A stretch of 64,000 bases of DNA from Vulcanimicrobiota bacterium (lineage in GTDB: Bacteria > Vulcanimicrobiota > Vulcanimicrobiia > Vulcanimicrobiales > Vulcanimicrobiaceae). The notes beneath the pieces were generated by a model, which was not told the DNA's origin, did not search any database, and saw nothing but the letters and a program-made list of their open reading frames with translations. The stretch covers positions 29,410-93,409 of the forward strand of contig JAFANA010000103.1 of NCBI GenBank assembly GCA_019232905.1, in the 5' to 3' direction. The translations under genes were made by a program, and so were the position numbers. Of this stretch, positions 10,082-18,500 are shown piece after piece. Within the stretch, counting starts at the first letter, position 1. Each line of letters begins with the position of its first letter.

Positions 10082-11112
10082 GCAAGCGAAGTTTTGCGAG
10101 TGACAACAATGCGCCCATCGCACCCGAGATTCTCCAAGCCATCATCGATGCGAACGACGGGGATGCGGTCGGGTACGGACACGATGAGTTAACGGCACGC
10201 GCAATCGATCGTTTCCGCGCGCACTTCGGTGAAGACACCGGTGTGTATTTCATGTTCAATGGGACCGGCGCCAACGTCGCCGCCCTGAGTTGTCTGGTCA
10301 AACCGTGGGAAGCCGTACTCTGCCCGTCGACGGCGCATCTGCAAACGGACGAATGCGGCGCGTTCGAACGTTTCACCGGCTCGAAAGTTATCCCGATCTC
10401 GACCTCCGACGGCAAGCTGCGCCCTGCCGATCTCGAGCCGTACCTGCATGCCGGACATGACGAACACTTCCCGCAGCCGCGCGTGGTCACGGTATCGCAG
10501 ACGACGGAATACGGCAATCTCTACGAGCCGGACGAACTGCGCGAACTCTGCCGCTTTGCGCACGAACGCGGACTGCTCGTGCACGTCGACGGCGCGCGCA
10601 TCGCGAACGCGGCAGCGGCCCTCAAGACTACACCCCGGGCAATCACGAAGGATCTCGGCGTGGACGTTTTGACCTTCGGCGGGACGAAGAACGGTCTGAT
10701 GCTCGGTGAGGCAGCGTGCTTCTTCAAACCGGAACTCGGAGCAGAAGCAATGCCTTTTGCGCGCAAGCAGGCAATGCAACTCGCTTCGAAGATGCGCTAT
10801 ATCTCGGCACAATTCGAGGCGCTGCTTACCGGCGACCGTTGGCTGAAGTACGCTTCGCATGCTAACGAGATGGCGGAACGCCTATTGGCCGGAGTTCGCG
10901 ATATTCCGGGCGTCGAAGTCACACGCCCCGTGCGCGCCAACGCGATCTTCGCAAAGATGGATCGCACTGCAATCGCGCGGGCGCAGGAGCGATTCTTCTT
11001 CTATACGTTCGACGAGTCACTCCCCGAAGTGCGCTGGATGACGCACTGGGCGACGACCGAAACTGACGTCGACGCGTTCGTCGGCGCGCTCCGGGAAGCG
11101 ACTACTCGTTAG
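10078..11112 (+). CDS. ltaE: low-specificity threonine aldolase (PLP, beta-eliminating lyase family)
   Basis: ORF 10036..11112 trimmed to GTG 10078 (GTGA overlap with the upstream stop). VSKRSFASDNNAPIAPEIL, the N-terminal FASDN signature, and GGTKNG around the PLP lysine. Confidence 0.85.
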   Translation: MSKRSFASDNNAPIAPEILQAIIDANDGDAVGYGHDELTARAIDRFRAHFGEDTGVYFMFNGTGANVAALSCLVKPWEAVLCPSTAHLQTDECGAFERFTGSKVIPISTSDGKLRPADLEPYLHAGHDEHFPQPRVVTVSQTTEYGNLYEPDELRELCRFAHERGLLVHVDGARIANAAAALKTTPRAITKDLGVDVLTFGGTKNGLMLGEAACFFKPELGAEAMPFARKQAMQLASKMRYISAQFEALLTGDRWLKYASHANEMAERLLAGVRDIPGVEVTRPVRANAIFAKMDRTAIARAQERFFFYTFDESLPEVRWMTHWATTETDVDAFVGALREATTR

Positions 11113-11115
11113 CCC

Positions 11116-11460
11116 TCAGAACGCGAAGTCGTAGAAATATTCGCCGCCCACGGGCGAACACGACTGCGTCTCCGGCGTGAAGCTGGTTTCGCGAGCAACT
11201 TGCATCGCAGCGGCGTCGAGAATGGCATCACCGCTAGGCTGAGCGAGCTTCACATTCGTCGGCCGTGCAGTATTCGGATCGATGGTAACGATCAGCTCGT
11301 CGGTGCCGTGCTCTTCGTATGCAGTAAGAATTGAGGGAAGCATCGCGGGCTCGACCTGGACCACGGCGGGCGTGTCCGGCGTCGAACACGCTGCTCCGTT
11401 CGCAGCGACCGTGGATGCACTCATTGCGGTTATGACTAGGGTAAGTCCGAGCGTCAACAT
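11116..11460 (-). CDS. small secreted TonB-C-terminal-like domain protein (paralog 1)
   Basis: 114 aa with a signal-peptide-like N-terminus. The block LIVTIDPNTARPTNVKLAQPSGDAILDAAAMQVARETSFTP fits the TonB_C pattern (..G.v..v.v..SSG...LD.AA..A....F.P). Two conserved Cys. Confidence 0.65.
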   Translation of the reverse strand: MLTLGLTLVITAMSASTVAANGAACSTPDTPAVVQVEPAMLPSILTAYEEHGTDELIVTIDPNTARPTNVKLAQPSGDAILDAAAMQVARETSFTPETQSCSPVGGEYFYDFAF

Positions 11461-11554
11461 TTAGAACTATCCTTTCTTAGGCGCACTCACTCCATCACAC
11501 GCTCGAACACACGATGATCGTAACTCCGCTTTTATAAACGCGCATCAACCACGT

Positions 11555-11603
11555 TCCAAAAAAGAATCAAAAACAAAGAAGGGCCGCCCGCAGCAGCCCT
11601 TCT
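11555..11603 (-). terminator. rho-independent terminator after paralog 2
   Basis: Minus-strand RNA forms AGAAGGGC-11 nt loop-GCCCUUCU (11603..11577), followed by UUGUUUUUGAUUCUUUUUU. It lies 24 nt after the stop at 11627. Confidence 0.6.
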
Positions 11604-11626
11604 CGTACATTTGATGTTAGCCGGCG

Positions 11627-11965
11627 TTAGACGTTGAACTCGTAGAAGTAACGCCCGCCGACCGGATTGCAATCGCGCGTTTCCGGAACGAAAAGCGTCG
11701 CACGCGCAACCTCGATGGCTGCAGCGTCAACGATCGCATCTCCGGTCGACTGCACGAGTTCGACATTCGCCGGTTGCGCGCTCTGCGGGGTGAGGGTGAC
11801 GATGACCTGCGCGATTCCATGCGATCCGGATGCCTGCAAAAGCGCGGGCGTTTCGGAGGGCATGGAACGAACCGCTGCGGGGGTATCGGGCTGCGTGCAC
11901 GTGGCTCCGTTTGCACCGACGATCGATGCCGACGCGAGGAACAGCCCCAGTCCGAGGGATACCAT
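11627..11965 (-). CDS. small secreted TonB-C-terminal-like domain protein (paralog 2)
   Basis: 112 aa, collinear with 11116..11460. Shared blocks are ANGA.C..PDTPA, V.L.QS.GDAI.DAAA..VAR...F.PE...C.PVGG.YFY.F. Confidence 0.65.
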   Translation of the reverse strand: MVSLGLGLFLASASIVGANGATCTQPDTPAAVRSMPSETPALLQASGSHGIAQVIVTLTPQSAQPANVELVQSTGDAIVDAAAIEVARATLFVPETRDCNPVGGRYFYEFNV

Positions 11966-12200
11966 GCGTACCGTCCTTTCAAGTGAATTTTATGACGAAC
12001 ATTCCGTCACACGTTCACCCTAACGGCATCACATCAACGCTTCCTTATCTTCGCATAGTCAACAATTAACATAACGCGTAACAACACTATGATCGCGACA
12101 TTCTTCGTAGTTCTCAAGAACTATTAAGCGTCACACGTGCGACGTTCGTCGATTATGCTAACGCTCAGTCACGCGACCGTCGTCAGAAGCGTTACAACGA

Positions 12201-13439
12201 TTACGCAGTCCAATCCAGCATCGTTTCCCATTCCGGCTTGGGAAAGCGCTCTTTGGATTTTATCGCTTCGACGTACTTGCGTTTCCCGGCGCGATTGCCC
12301 TTACCAAGCATGATACCGCCGACGAGACGGTCTTCCCAAAAGAAGAGCGCGCGGTACCACTTCTTCTCTCGGTCGATCTTGCGCACCATTTCGAGTTCGG
12401 GCTGCAGATCGGGCGAGAGGCCGAACTGCGTGATCGTCTGTCCCTTGAAGAGCAGCGACGAGTACTCGGGGACATCGTGGTATTTTTCGCTGCCGCCCAT
12501 CATATTCTGAGCGACGACCTTGCCGTGAGCCCCGGCATTGTTCCACGTGCCCATGCGGTAGCGCATTTCCAGAATGGGATCGTAGAAATCCGCGATGTCT
12601 CCGGCGGCAAAGATGCCCTCGACGTTCGTCTCGAGATGATCGTCGCATAGGATGCCGTTCCGGCTGATTTCTATCTCGGTATCCTGCAGCAACTCGGTAT
12701 TCATCGTGAGACCGAACCCGACGCCGTAACAGTCCGCCGCGATCTCGAGCCCTTGTTTCGTTCGCACCTTCGTGACCACGCCGTTGGAACGCACGAATTC
12801 CTCGACTTCCTGACCGTAATGCATGTGGACGCCGTCGTTCTGCGCGGCTTCGTGCACGAACTCGCCCGCCACGTCGTCCAGCAGGCGGTGCAGCACGTGC
12901 GGTCCACGGAGGAGCCAATGCGTCTCGATCTTACGCGAGGCGAAGGCTTCCGCAAGTTCGTAGGCGATGAACGATCCGCCGATTGCAACCGCCGCTTTCG
13001 AACGGTCGATTTGCTCGGAAATGGCACGCGTGTCGTCGAGGTATTGGAAGTTGTACACGTTCTCCGCACCGATACAGCCGGGAGCCGGATGGCAATTCGG
13101 TCGGCCGCCCGTGGCAATCAGCAGCGCATCGAACGGATAGTCGCGGCCGCCGGCGACGACCGTTCGCTCGGCCGTATCGATACGCTCGACGCGCGTACGC
13201 AACTTGAGTTCGATGCGATGCTCTTCATGCCAGGCAATGCTCCGCATCATAACCTTCTCTTCCGGAAGTTGCTTGCGTAGCATTGGAGGCAACGAGATGC
13301 GATTGTATAGCGGATAGGGCTCATCACCGAAGAGCACGATCTCGCATGCGTTGTCATGCTTGCGAAGTTGTTCGGCGGCCGTGGATCCGGCAAAGCCATT
13401 TCCCACGATTACATATCGCCGAGCGTCGGAATACGGCAT
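12201..13439 (-). CDS. FAD/NAD(P)-dependent pyridine nucleotide-disulfide family oxidoreductase (ferredoxin/rubredoxin-reductase-like)
   Basis: 412 aa. YVIVGNGFAGSTAAEQL, a second Rossmann motif AVAIGGSFIAYELAE, and FAAGDIA. Confidence 0.85.
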   Translation of the reverse strand: MPYSDARRYVIVGNGFAGSTAAEQLRKHDNACEIVLFGDEPYPLYNRISLPPMLRKQLPEEKVMMRSIAWHEEHRIELKLRTRVERIDTAERTVVAGGRDYPFDALLIATGGRPNCHPAPGCIGAENVYNFQYLDDTRAISEQIDRSKAAVAIGGSFIAYELAEAFASRKIETHWLLRGPHVLHRLLDDVAGEFVHEAAQNDGVHMHYGQEVEEFVRSNGVVTKVRTKQGLEIAADCYGVGFGLTMNTELLQDTEIEISRNGILCDDHLETNVEGIFAAGDIADFYDPILEMRYRMGTWNNAGAHGKVVAQNMMGGSEKYHDVPEYSSLLFKGQTITQFGLSPDLQPELEMVRKIDREKKWYRALFFWEDRLVGGIMLGKGNRAGKRKYVEAIKSKERFPKPEWETMLDWTA

Positions 13440-13450
13440 AATAGGGCTAT

Positions 13451-13798
13451 ATGGACGTTCGGCTGGTGCAACTCCTGGGTTCGTTCATCCGCGCGCGCGG
13501 TGAGTATGCGCTGGCGCGTCTGGAATGCGCCATGCTCGATGACGCCACGCCCGCGCCGCCGATAATCGATCGCCTCGGGGATGCTTCGGAAACGACGCTG
13601 CGTACGCAATGGCCCGTCGTCGAACGTCAGCTGGATCGCGCGATCGAACACGGCAAACTCGTTGCGCGCACGAACCAGCGGAGATACCAACGCGAGCCCG
13701 GATACCGTGCCCTCGAGCGGTCGTTGCGCGAACTCGATCAGTACGCCCGCGCAATCCGTTGGGTGCTGACCGTTACCGAAAGCGAAGACCCGACCTAG
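13451..13798 (+). CDS. hypothetical protein (helical, no recognised family)
   Basis: A 115-aa ORF fills the gap between two minus-strand genes almost exactly (11 nt from one and 8 nt from the other). Third-position G/C bias is consistent with coding. I recognise no motif. Confidence 0.4.
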   Translation: MDVRLVQLLGSFIRARGEYALARLECAMLDDATPAPPIIDRLGDASETTLRTQWPVVERQLDRAIEHGKLVARTNQRRYQREPGYRALERSLRELDQYARAIRWVLTVTESEDPT

Positions 13799-13806
13799 CG
13801 GCGCGA

Positions 13807-14973
13807 CTACCCGTGTAGCGCAAGCCCCGTCATCATCCGGAATCCGACCTCGAGCGCGCGCTCGTCGATATCGTAGCGAGGACTGTGTTGCGGCTCTATC
13901 CCAAGCTCGGGACCGCGCACGCCGACGATAAAATACGCGCCCGGACGCTCTTCCATCATGTACGACATATCTTCGGCCCACATGACGACGTCGTGCGGAT
14001 AGACGACGTTCTCGTCGCCGATCGCGCCGGCGGCGACGTCGCGAACGATCTCGTTCATCGCCGGATCGTTCACGGTCGGCGGATAACCCCAAAAATATTC
14101 GAATTCATACTGCATCCGCAACGCGTCGGCCAGTCCCGCGGTCATCCGTTCCATCCGCTCGGGAATCGAACGGCGCACGGCATCGTCGAAGGAGCGCGTA
14201 GTTCCCAGCATTTCCGCATAGTCCGGAATGACGTTGAACGTCGTTCCGGAGTGAACGGCGCCGACGGTTACGACGACGGGATCCTTCGGCGCGATCTCAC
14301 GGCTGGAGATCGTTTGAAACATCGTGACCAGTTGCGACGCGGCGACGATCGGGTCGATCGAGCTCTGCGGCATCGCGCCGTGACCGCCCTTACCGCGCAA
14401 GACGATCCGGAAACGGTCCGACGACGCAAAGAACGCGCCGTCCCGCACGCCGATTTTCCCGACGTCGAGCCCGCTGTAGAGATGCAACGAAAAACACCGG
14501 TCGACGTGCGGATTCTCGAGCGCACCGTCGTCGATCATCGCCTTGTTGCCCGCGGGGCCCTCTTCTGCAGGTTGAAAGCAGAAGACGATTGTCCCTGGAA
14601 CCTGATCGCGTATGCGCGACAGCGCGCGGGCACTACTCAAGAGGATCGCGACGTGGCCGTCGTGACCGCACGCATGCATGACGCCTTTATGTTTCGAGCG
14701 ATACGGTACGTCGGCCGTTTCGTCCATCGGCAGCGCATCCATGTCCGCGCGCAGGAGCGTGACGGGTCCGGGCAGGCCACCGCGCAACGTCGCCAGCACA
14801 CCGGTCTTTCCGACGCCGGTGCGAATCTCGTCGAAGCCGCAGTCACGCAGTTCATTGACGATGAACGCGGCGGTCTCGTGTTCTTCGAACGATAACTCGG
14901 GATGCGCGTGAAGATGGCGGCGAAAGCGAATCAGTTCTTCGCGCGGAATTTCGAGAGCGGTCCTGCTTAGCAT
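13807..14973 (-). CDS. M20D-family amidohydrolase (N-acyl-L-amino acid amidohydrolase / hippurate hydrolase type)
   Basis: 388 aa. LIRFRRHLHAHPELSFEEHETA, ADMDALP and MHACGHDGH are signature blocks of M20D. Confidence 0.9.
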   Translation of the reverse strand: MLSRTALEIPREELIRFRRHLHAHPELSFEEHETAAFIVNELRDCGFDEIRTGVGKTGVLATLRGGLPGPVTLLRADMDALPMDETADVPYRSKHKGVMHACGHDGHVAILLSSARALSRIRDQVPGTIVFCFQPAEEGPAGNKAMIDDGALENPHVDRCFSLHLYSGLDVGKIGVRDGAFFASSDRFRIVLRGKGGHGAMPQSSIDPIVAASQLVTMFQTISSREIAPKDPVVVTVGAVHSGTTFNVIPDYAEMLGTTRSFDDAVRRSIPERMERMTAGLADALRMQYEFEYFWGYPPTVNDPAMNEIVRDVAAGAIGDENVVYPHDVVMWAEDMSYMMEERPGAYFIVGVRGPELGIEPQHSPRYDIDERALEVGFRMMTGLALHG

Positions 14974-14983
14974 CGGTGCGATA

Positions 14984-15340
14984 TTACGCCCGCGATCGCT
15001 TCAGCCCTAGATAGGCTGCGCTGACGTCATGATCACCCAATCCTGACTCAACCGCCTGGTCCCACGCCGCAGCAATTGCCTTCAGTGCCGGAAGACGTGC
15101 GCCGTTCGCGTCGAGCGCTAAATGCGCATCTTTGGTCGCCCACTTCAGAGGGAACTCGGTTTCCGATTCCTTGCCGGCGCGAATTTTGCGCAATTTCGCA
15201 ATCGCCCACGCCGAACCGAGCGGCCCGCCTTCAATGATCTCGGCAAACTGTTCGGCCGCGACACCCAGCGCGACGGTCTCCGCAACACCTTCCATCAGAA
15301 ACGCGCGCTGTGCGCAATTCCGCTTCCCATGATGCCGCAC
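14984..15340 (-). pseudogene. C-terminal domain remnant of a 3-hydroxyisobutyrate/6-phosphogluconate dehydrogenase-like (beta-hydroxyacid dehydrogenase) gene
   Basis: Only the all-helical NAD_binding_11-like half is present (..FPLKWATKDAHLALD..LPALKAIAAAWDQAVESGLGDHDVSAAY). The upstream gene's stop is 32 nt away and an in-frame stop lies at 15365-15367, so there is no room for the roughly 160-aa Rossmann domain. Confidence 0.5.
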
Positions 15341-15371
15341 CCTAGAACGGTAAATGTCAACCCGTCATTCA

Positions 15372-16373
15372 TCACGCCACCGTGGCTTCTTTCACATCCG
15401 CGAGAATCTCAAAGGAGTGCAACCGCGCGGCATGATCGTAGATATGCCCCGTCACGATTGCTTCATCGATACCGGTGCGATCGATAAACGCCGCGAGATC
15501 TCGCCCGACCGTTTCCCGAGTTCCGACGATCGTGTACATTAGCGTGTGGTCAACCATCTGCTGTTCCATCGGCGACCAATAGTCGCTCATCGAATCGATC
15601 GGCGGCGGTAGCGGCGCCGGGCGCCCGCGGCGCAAATTGATAAACGACTGCTGATGCGACGTGAAGAGCCGTTGCGCTTCCTCGACCGCATCCGCGGCTA
15701 TGACGTTGATCGCGGCCGCTGCATAGGGTTCCCCGAGGTGCGCGGATGGACGAAATTCGCTGCGATAAATCTTGAGTGCTTGCAACAGGAAGTCAGGTGC
15801 GAAATGCGACGCGAACGCGAACCGCAAACCGAGTGCAGCAGCGAGTTGCGCACTGAATAAGCTGGAACCCAACAGCCAGACATCGATCTGCGCGCCGGCG
15901 CCGGGAACGGCACGAACCGGTTGACTCGGCAGCGCCGGTTGAAAATAGCTCAACAGCTCGACTACGTCTTGCGGAAACGTTTCGTCACTACCGCGTAGGT
16001 TTCGACGCAGAGCACGCGCCGTTGACGGATCCGTTCCCGGTGCGCGCCCCAAACCGAGATCGATGCGACCCGGGTAAAGCGCTTCCAACGTGCCGAATTG
16101 CTCCGCGACAATCAGCGGCGCGTGATTCGGAAGCATAACACCGCCCGAACCAATACGAATTGTCTTCGTGCCTGCGCCGATGTATGCAAGCGCAACAGCC
16201 GTGGCCGCGCTTGCGATTCCCGGCATGTTGTGATGTTCTGCAAGCCAATAGCGATTGTAGTTCCACCGTTCGGCGTGCTGCGCCAAATCAAGCGAATTTC
16301 GCAGCGCTTGCGCCGCCGTCGCGCCTTCGACGATCGGGGAGAGATCGAGGATCGAAATTGGAACGTTTTTCAT
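15372..16373 (-). CDS. LLM-class (luciferase-like) flavin-dependent oxidoreductase
   Basis: ORF 15372..16571 trimmed to [14 protein letters not shown] (ATG 16373). [19 protein letters not shown] is typical of the MsnO8/LLM family. Confidence 0.85.
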   Translation of the reverse strand: MKNVPISILDLSPIVEGATAAQALRNSLDLAQHAERWNYNRYWLAEHHNMPGIASAATAVALAYIGAGTKTIRIGSGGVMLPNHAPLIVAEQFGTLEALYPGRIDLGLGRAPGTDPSTARALRRNLRGSDETFPQDVVELLSYFQPALPSQPVRAVPGAGAQIDVWLLGSSLFSAQLAAALGLRFAFASHFAPDFLLQALKIYRSEFRPSAHLGEPYAAAAINVIAADAVEEAQRLFTSHQQSFINLRRGRPAPLPPPIDSMSDYWSPMEQQMVDHTLMYTIVGTRETVGRDLAAFIDRTGIDEAIVTGHIYDHAARLHSFEILADVKEATVA

Positions 16374-16452
16374 TTTACCGTGCACCTTGCGATAGACCGA
16401 TTGCCGGGAGTAATCGTTGCGCAGTACCATAGCGCAATCGGGAGGGGAAACG

Positions 16453-17382
16453 ATGTCAACTGCACTTCCTGAAACGATGTTGGCGGTCGTGCTCGACGGT
16501 GCGGGACCGCCTGAGGCGCTCGACATCCGTACCGTACCCCTGCCGGCGGTGCCGTCCGACCACGTGCTCATCGCGCTCGATTATGCAAGCGTCGGAAGCT
16601 GGGATGCAAAGCTTCGCAGTGGCGACTGGGGCGACGTCAAACCGGGCACGGTCCCCGGCGTCGATGGAAGCGGACGCATCGCCGCCGTCGGCGACGGTGT
16701 CGAGGGATTCAACGCGGGCGACCGCGTCTATTCATACAGCTATGGCAACGATCGGGGCGGCTTTTACGCCGAGTATGTCAGCGTGCCGGCCAATCTCGTC
16801 GCTCATGTGCCCGCACAGATCGATCAAGCCGTTGCGGGCGCGATGCCGTGCGCCGGACTGACGGCACATTCCGGCTTACGCGCGCTCGAAGTCGAACGTG
16901 AGGAGTCGTTGCTCGTCTTCGGCGCAAGCGGCGGTGTGGGATCGATGGCGGTGTGGCTCGCTGCGCGAGCGATCGGAGCGTCGGTGACCGGAACTGCCAA
17001 ACCCGATGCCTTCGATTACCTGCTCAAACTCGGCGCCGCCTATGCGGTCGAACCGCAGGACTCACAATTCAAACACGGATTCGATGCAGCGCTCTTTACA
17101 ACGAACGGCGATACGTCGAACCGGTGGGGAGCGCACTTACATCGCGGGGCAGCGCTAGCCTATCCAAACGGAGTCGAACCGGAGCCGCAGGTTCCGAATC
17201 ACGAAGCCATCGCCTTCGACGGTGAAATGTCGCGCGCAGCGCTCGACGAATTCAATAAGGCCATCGGGACCCAAACGATTCCGTTGAACGTCGATGTGTA
17301 TCCGTTCGATCGCGTCGTGGACGCGCATCGACGCATCGAAGCGGGTCACGTGATCGGGAAGATCGTGCTCCAAATTCGCTAG
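16453..17382 (+). CDS. MDR-family NADPH:quinone oxidoreductase / zinc-type alcohol dehydrogenase-like
   Basis: ATG 16453 is preceded by [31 protein letters not shown] and [14 protein letters not shown] (nucleotide fold). Confidence 0.85.
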   Translation: MSTALPETMLAVVLDGAGPPEALDIRTVPLPAVPSDHVLIALDYASVGSWDAKLRSGDWGDVKPGTVPGVDGSGRIAAVGDGVEGFNAGDRVYSYSYGNDRGGFYAEYVSVPANLVAHVPAQIDQAVAGAMPCAGLTAHSGLRALEVEREESLLVFGASGGVGSMAVWLAARAIGASVTGTAKPDAFDYLLKLGAAYAVEPQDSQFKHGFDAALFTTNGDTSNRWGAHLHRGAALAYPNGVEPEPQVPNHEAIAFDGEMSRAALDEFNKAIGTQTIPLNVDVYPFDRVVDAHRRIEAGHVIGKIVLQIR

Positions 17383-17447
17383 TCAGAGGGAGAACGGACA
17401 TCGATTCCAGCATCACCCGCGCGCTGAAGGTCCTCGCAATCGTTGGA

Positions 17448-18500
17448 TTGTGCATTGGACTGCTCGTGCTTCTCATCGAAGCGCTTCGTCTTTTGGGGAC
17501 GAGCGGTATCGTCATTCTCGCCGCGATCTTGATTGCGTATCTGATCGCGCCTATCGTCGACCGGTTGCGGCGACGGATGGCGCTGTGGGCGGCGCTGCTC
17601 GTGACGTATGTGGGCTTTGCCGCCGTCGCGCTGATCGCGTTCTTTGCCATCGTGCCGCCGCTGTTCAACGAGGCGCGCTCGCTTATTTCTGATTTTCCGC
17701 AAGCCTTTGCCTATCTGCAAAACGAGTTGCTCAACCCGAAAAACCCGATCGTCGCGAAGCTTCCGCCGGTCGTCGTCAATGAAATCAAAACGTTGCCGTC
17801 GCAAATCAATAGCCTCATTGCGAAGTACGGCCTCGGGGTCGCGCAGGCGACGCTCGGCGGTCTCTTCTCCGTCGTGACGCTGTTCTTATCGCTCATCATC
17901 GTCCCGATCTTATGCGCCTATTTCTTTTTCGATCTCGGCGAGGTAAAACGCGGGTTTCTGGGCTTTATTCCGCCTGCTGCGCGTCCGGAAACGATGGCGA
18001 TTCTCGCCGACCTCAATAAGACGATGGGCTGTTTTGTGCGTGGACAAGCACTCGACGGGTTCATCCTCGGCACGCTGATCGCCGTCATGCTGGCGATCAT
18101 GCACGTCCGCTATGCGCTGCTTATCGGCGTCGCGGCGGGCATTCTCAATCTCATTCCGTATCTCGGAGCGTTAGTCGGATTCATTCCCGCCGTTCTTCTT
18201 GCGCTCGTGTTCAACGGTTGGGAAAACGCGCTCATCGTCGCGATTCTCTTCTGCGTGATTCAGCAGCTCGACGGAAACGTGATCTTGCCGCGTGTGATGA
18301 AAGACAGCGTGCAGCTTTCGCCGCTCGTCATCATCATGGCCATCTTAATCGGTTCTGCGTACTTCGGCGTCATCGGGACGTTCCTCGCCGTCCCGGTCGC
18401 CGCCATCCTGCGCGTGCTCAAGCTTCATTTCGCGCCGGCGCCGACGCCCGCGCAACTAGCCACCGACGAGCAGCGCGTCACGGCGCTCGAGCTGCTGTAG
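17448..18500 (+). CDS. AI-2E family (PerM/UPF0118) transporter
   Basis: 350 aa and multi-TM, with the conserved C-terminal block ILPRVMKDSVQLSPLVIIMAILIG..FGVIGTFLAVPVAA. It has a TTG start, the only start codon available in frame. Confidence 0.8.
   Translation: MCIGLLVLLIEALRLLGTSGIVILAAILIAYLIAPIVDRLRRRMALWAALLVTYVGFAAVALIAFFAIVPPLFNEARSLISDFPQAFAYLQNELLNPKNPIVAKLPPVVVNEIKTLPSQINSLIAKYGLGVAQATLGGLFSVVTLFLSLIIVPILCAYFFFDLGEVKRGFLGFIPPAARPETMAILADLNKTMGCFVRGQALDGFILGTLIAVMLAIMHVRYALLIGVAAGILNLIPYLGALVGFIPAVLLALVFNGWENALIVAILFCVIQQLDGNVILPRVMKDSVQLSPLVIIMAILIGSAYFGVIGTFLAVPVAAILRVLKLHFAPAPTPAQLATDEQRVTALELL

Noticed and set aside
13409-14092. 227-aa minus-strand ORF, very Arg-rich (RRRRRRDRRRERR...)
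   Set aside because: It overlaps, on the same strand and in a different frame, the 3' part of the well-supported M20 amidohydrolase gene, and it lies antisense to the ORF at 13451..13798. Its composition is the typical off-frame product of GC-rich DNA.
14183-14200. CGTCGAAGGAGCGC inside the M20 gene matches 13 nt of repeat copy A
   Set aside because: Only the GAAGGA-proximal half matches and no GTCATCCTGAG half precedes it. It lies in the middle of a conserved CDS and is probably chance.
16374-16452. Inverted repeat TTGCGC-9 nt-GCGCAA in the divergent LLM/quinone-oxidoreductase spacer
   Set aside because: A 6-bp stem in GC-rich DNA is weak evidence, and no regulator gene is adjacent. Noted but not called.
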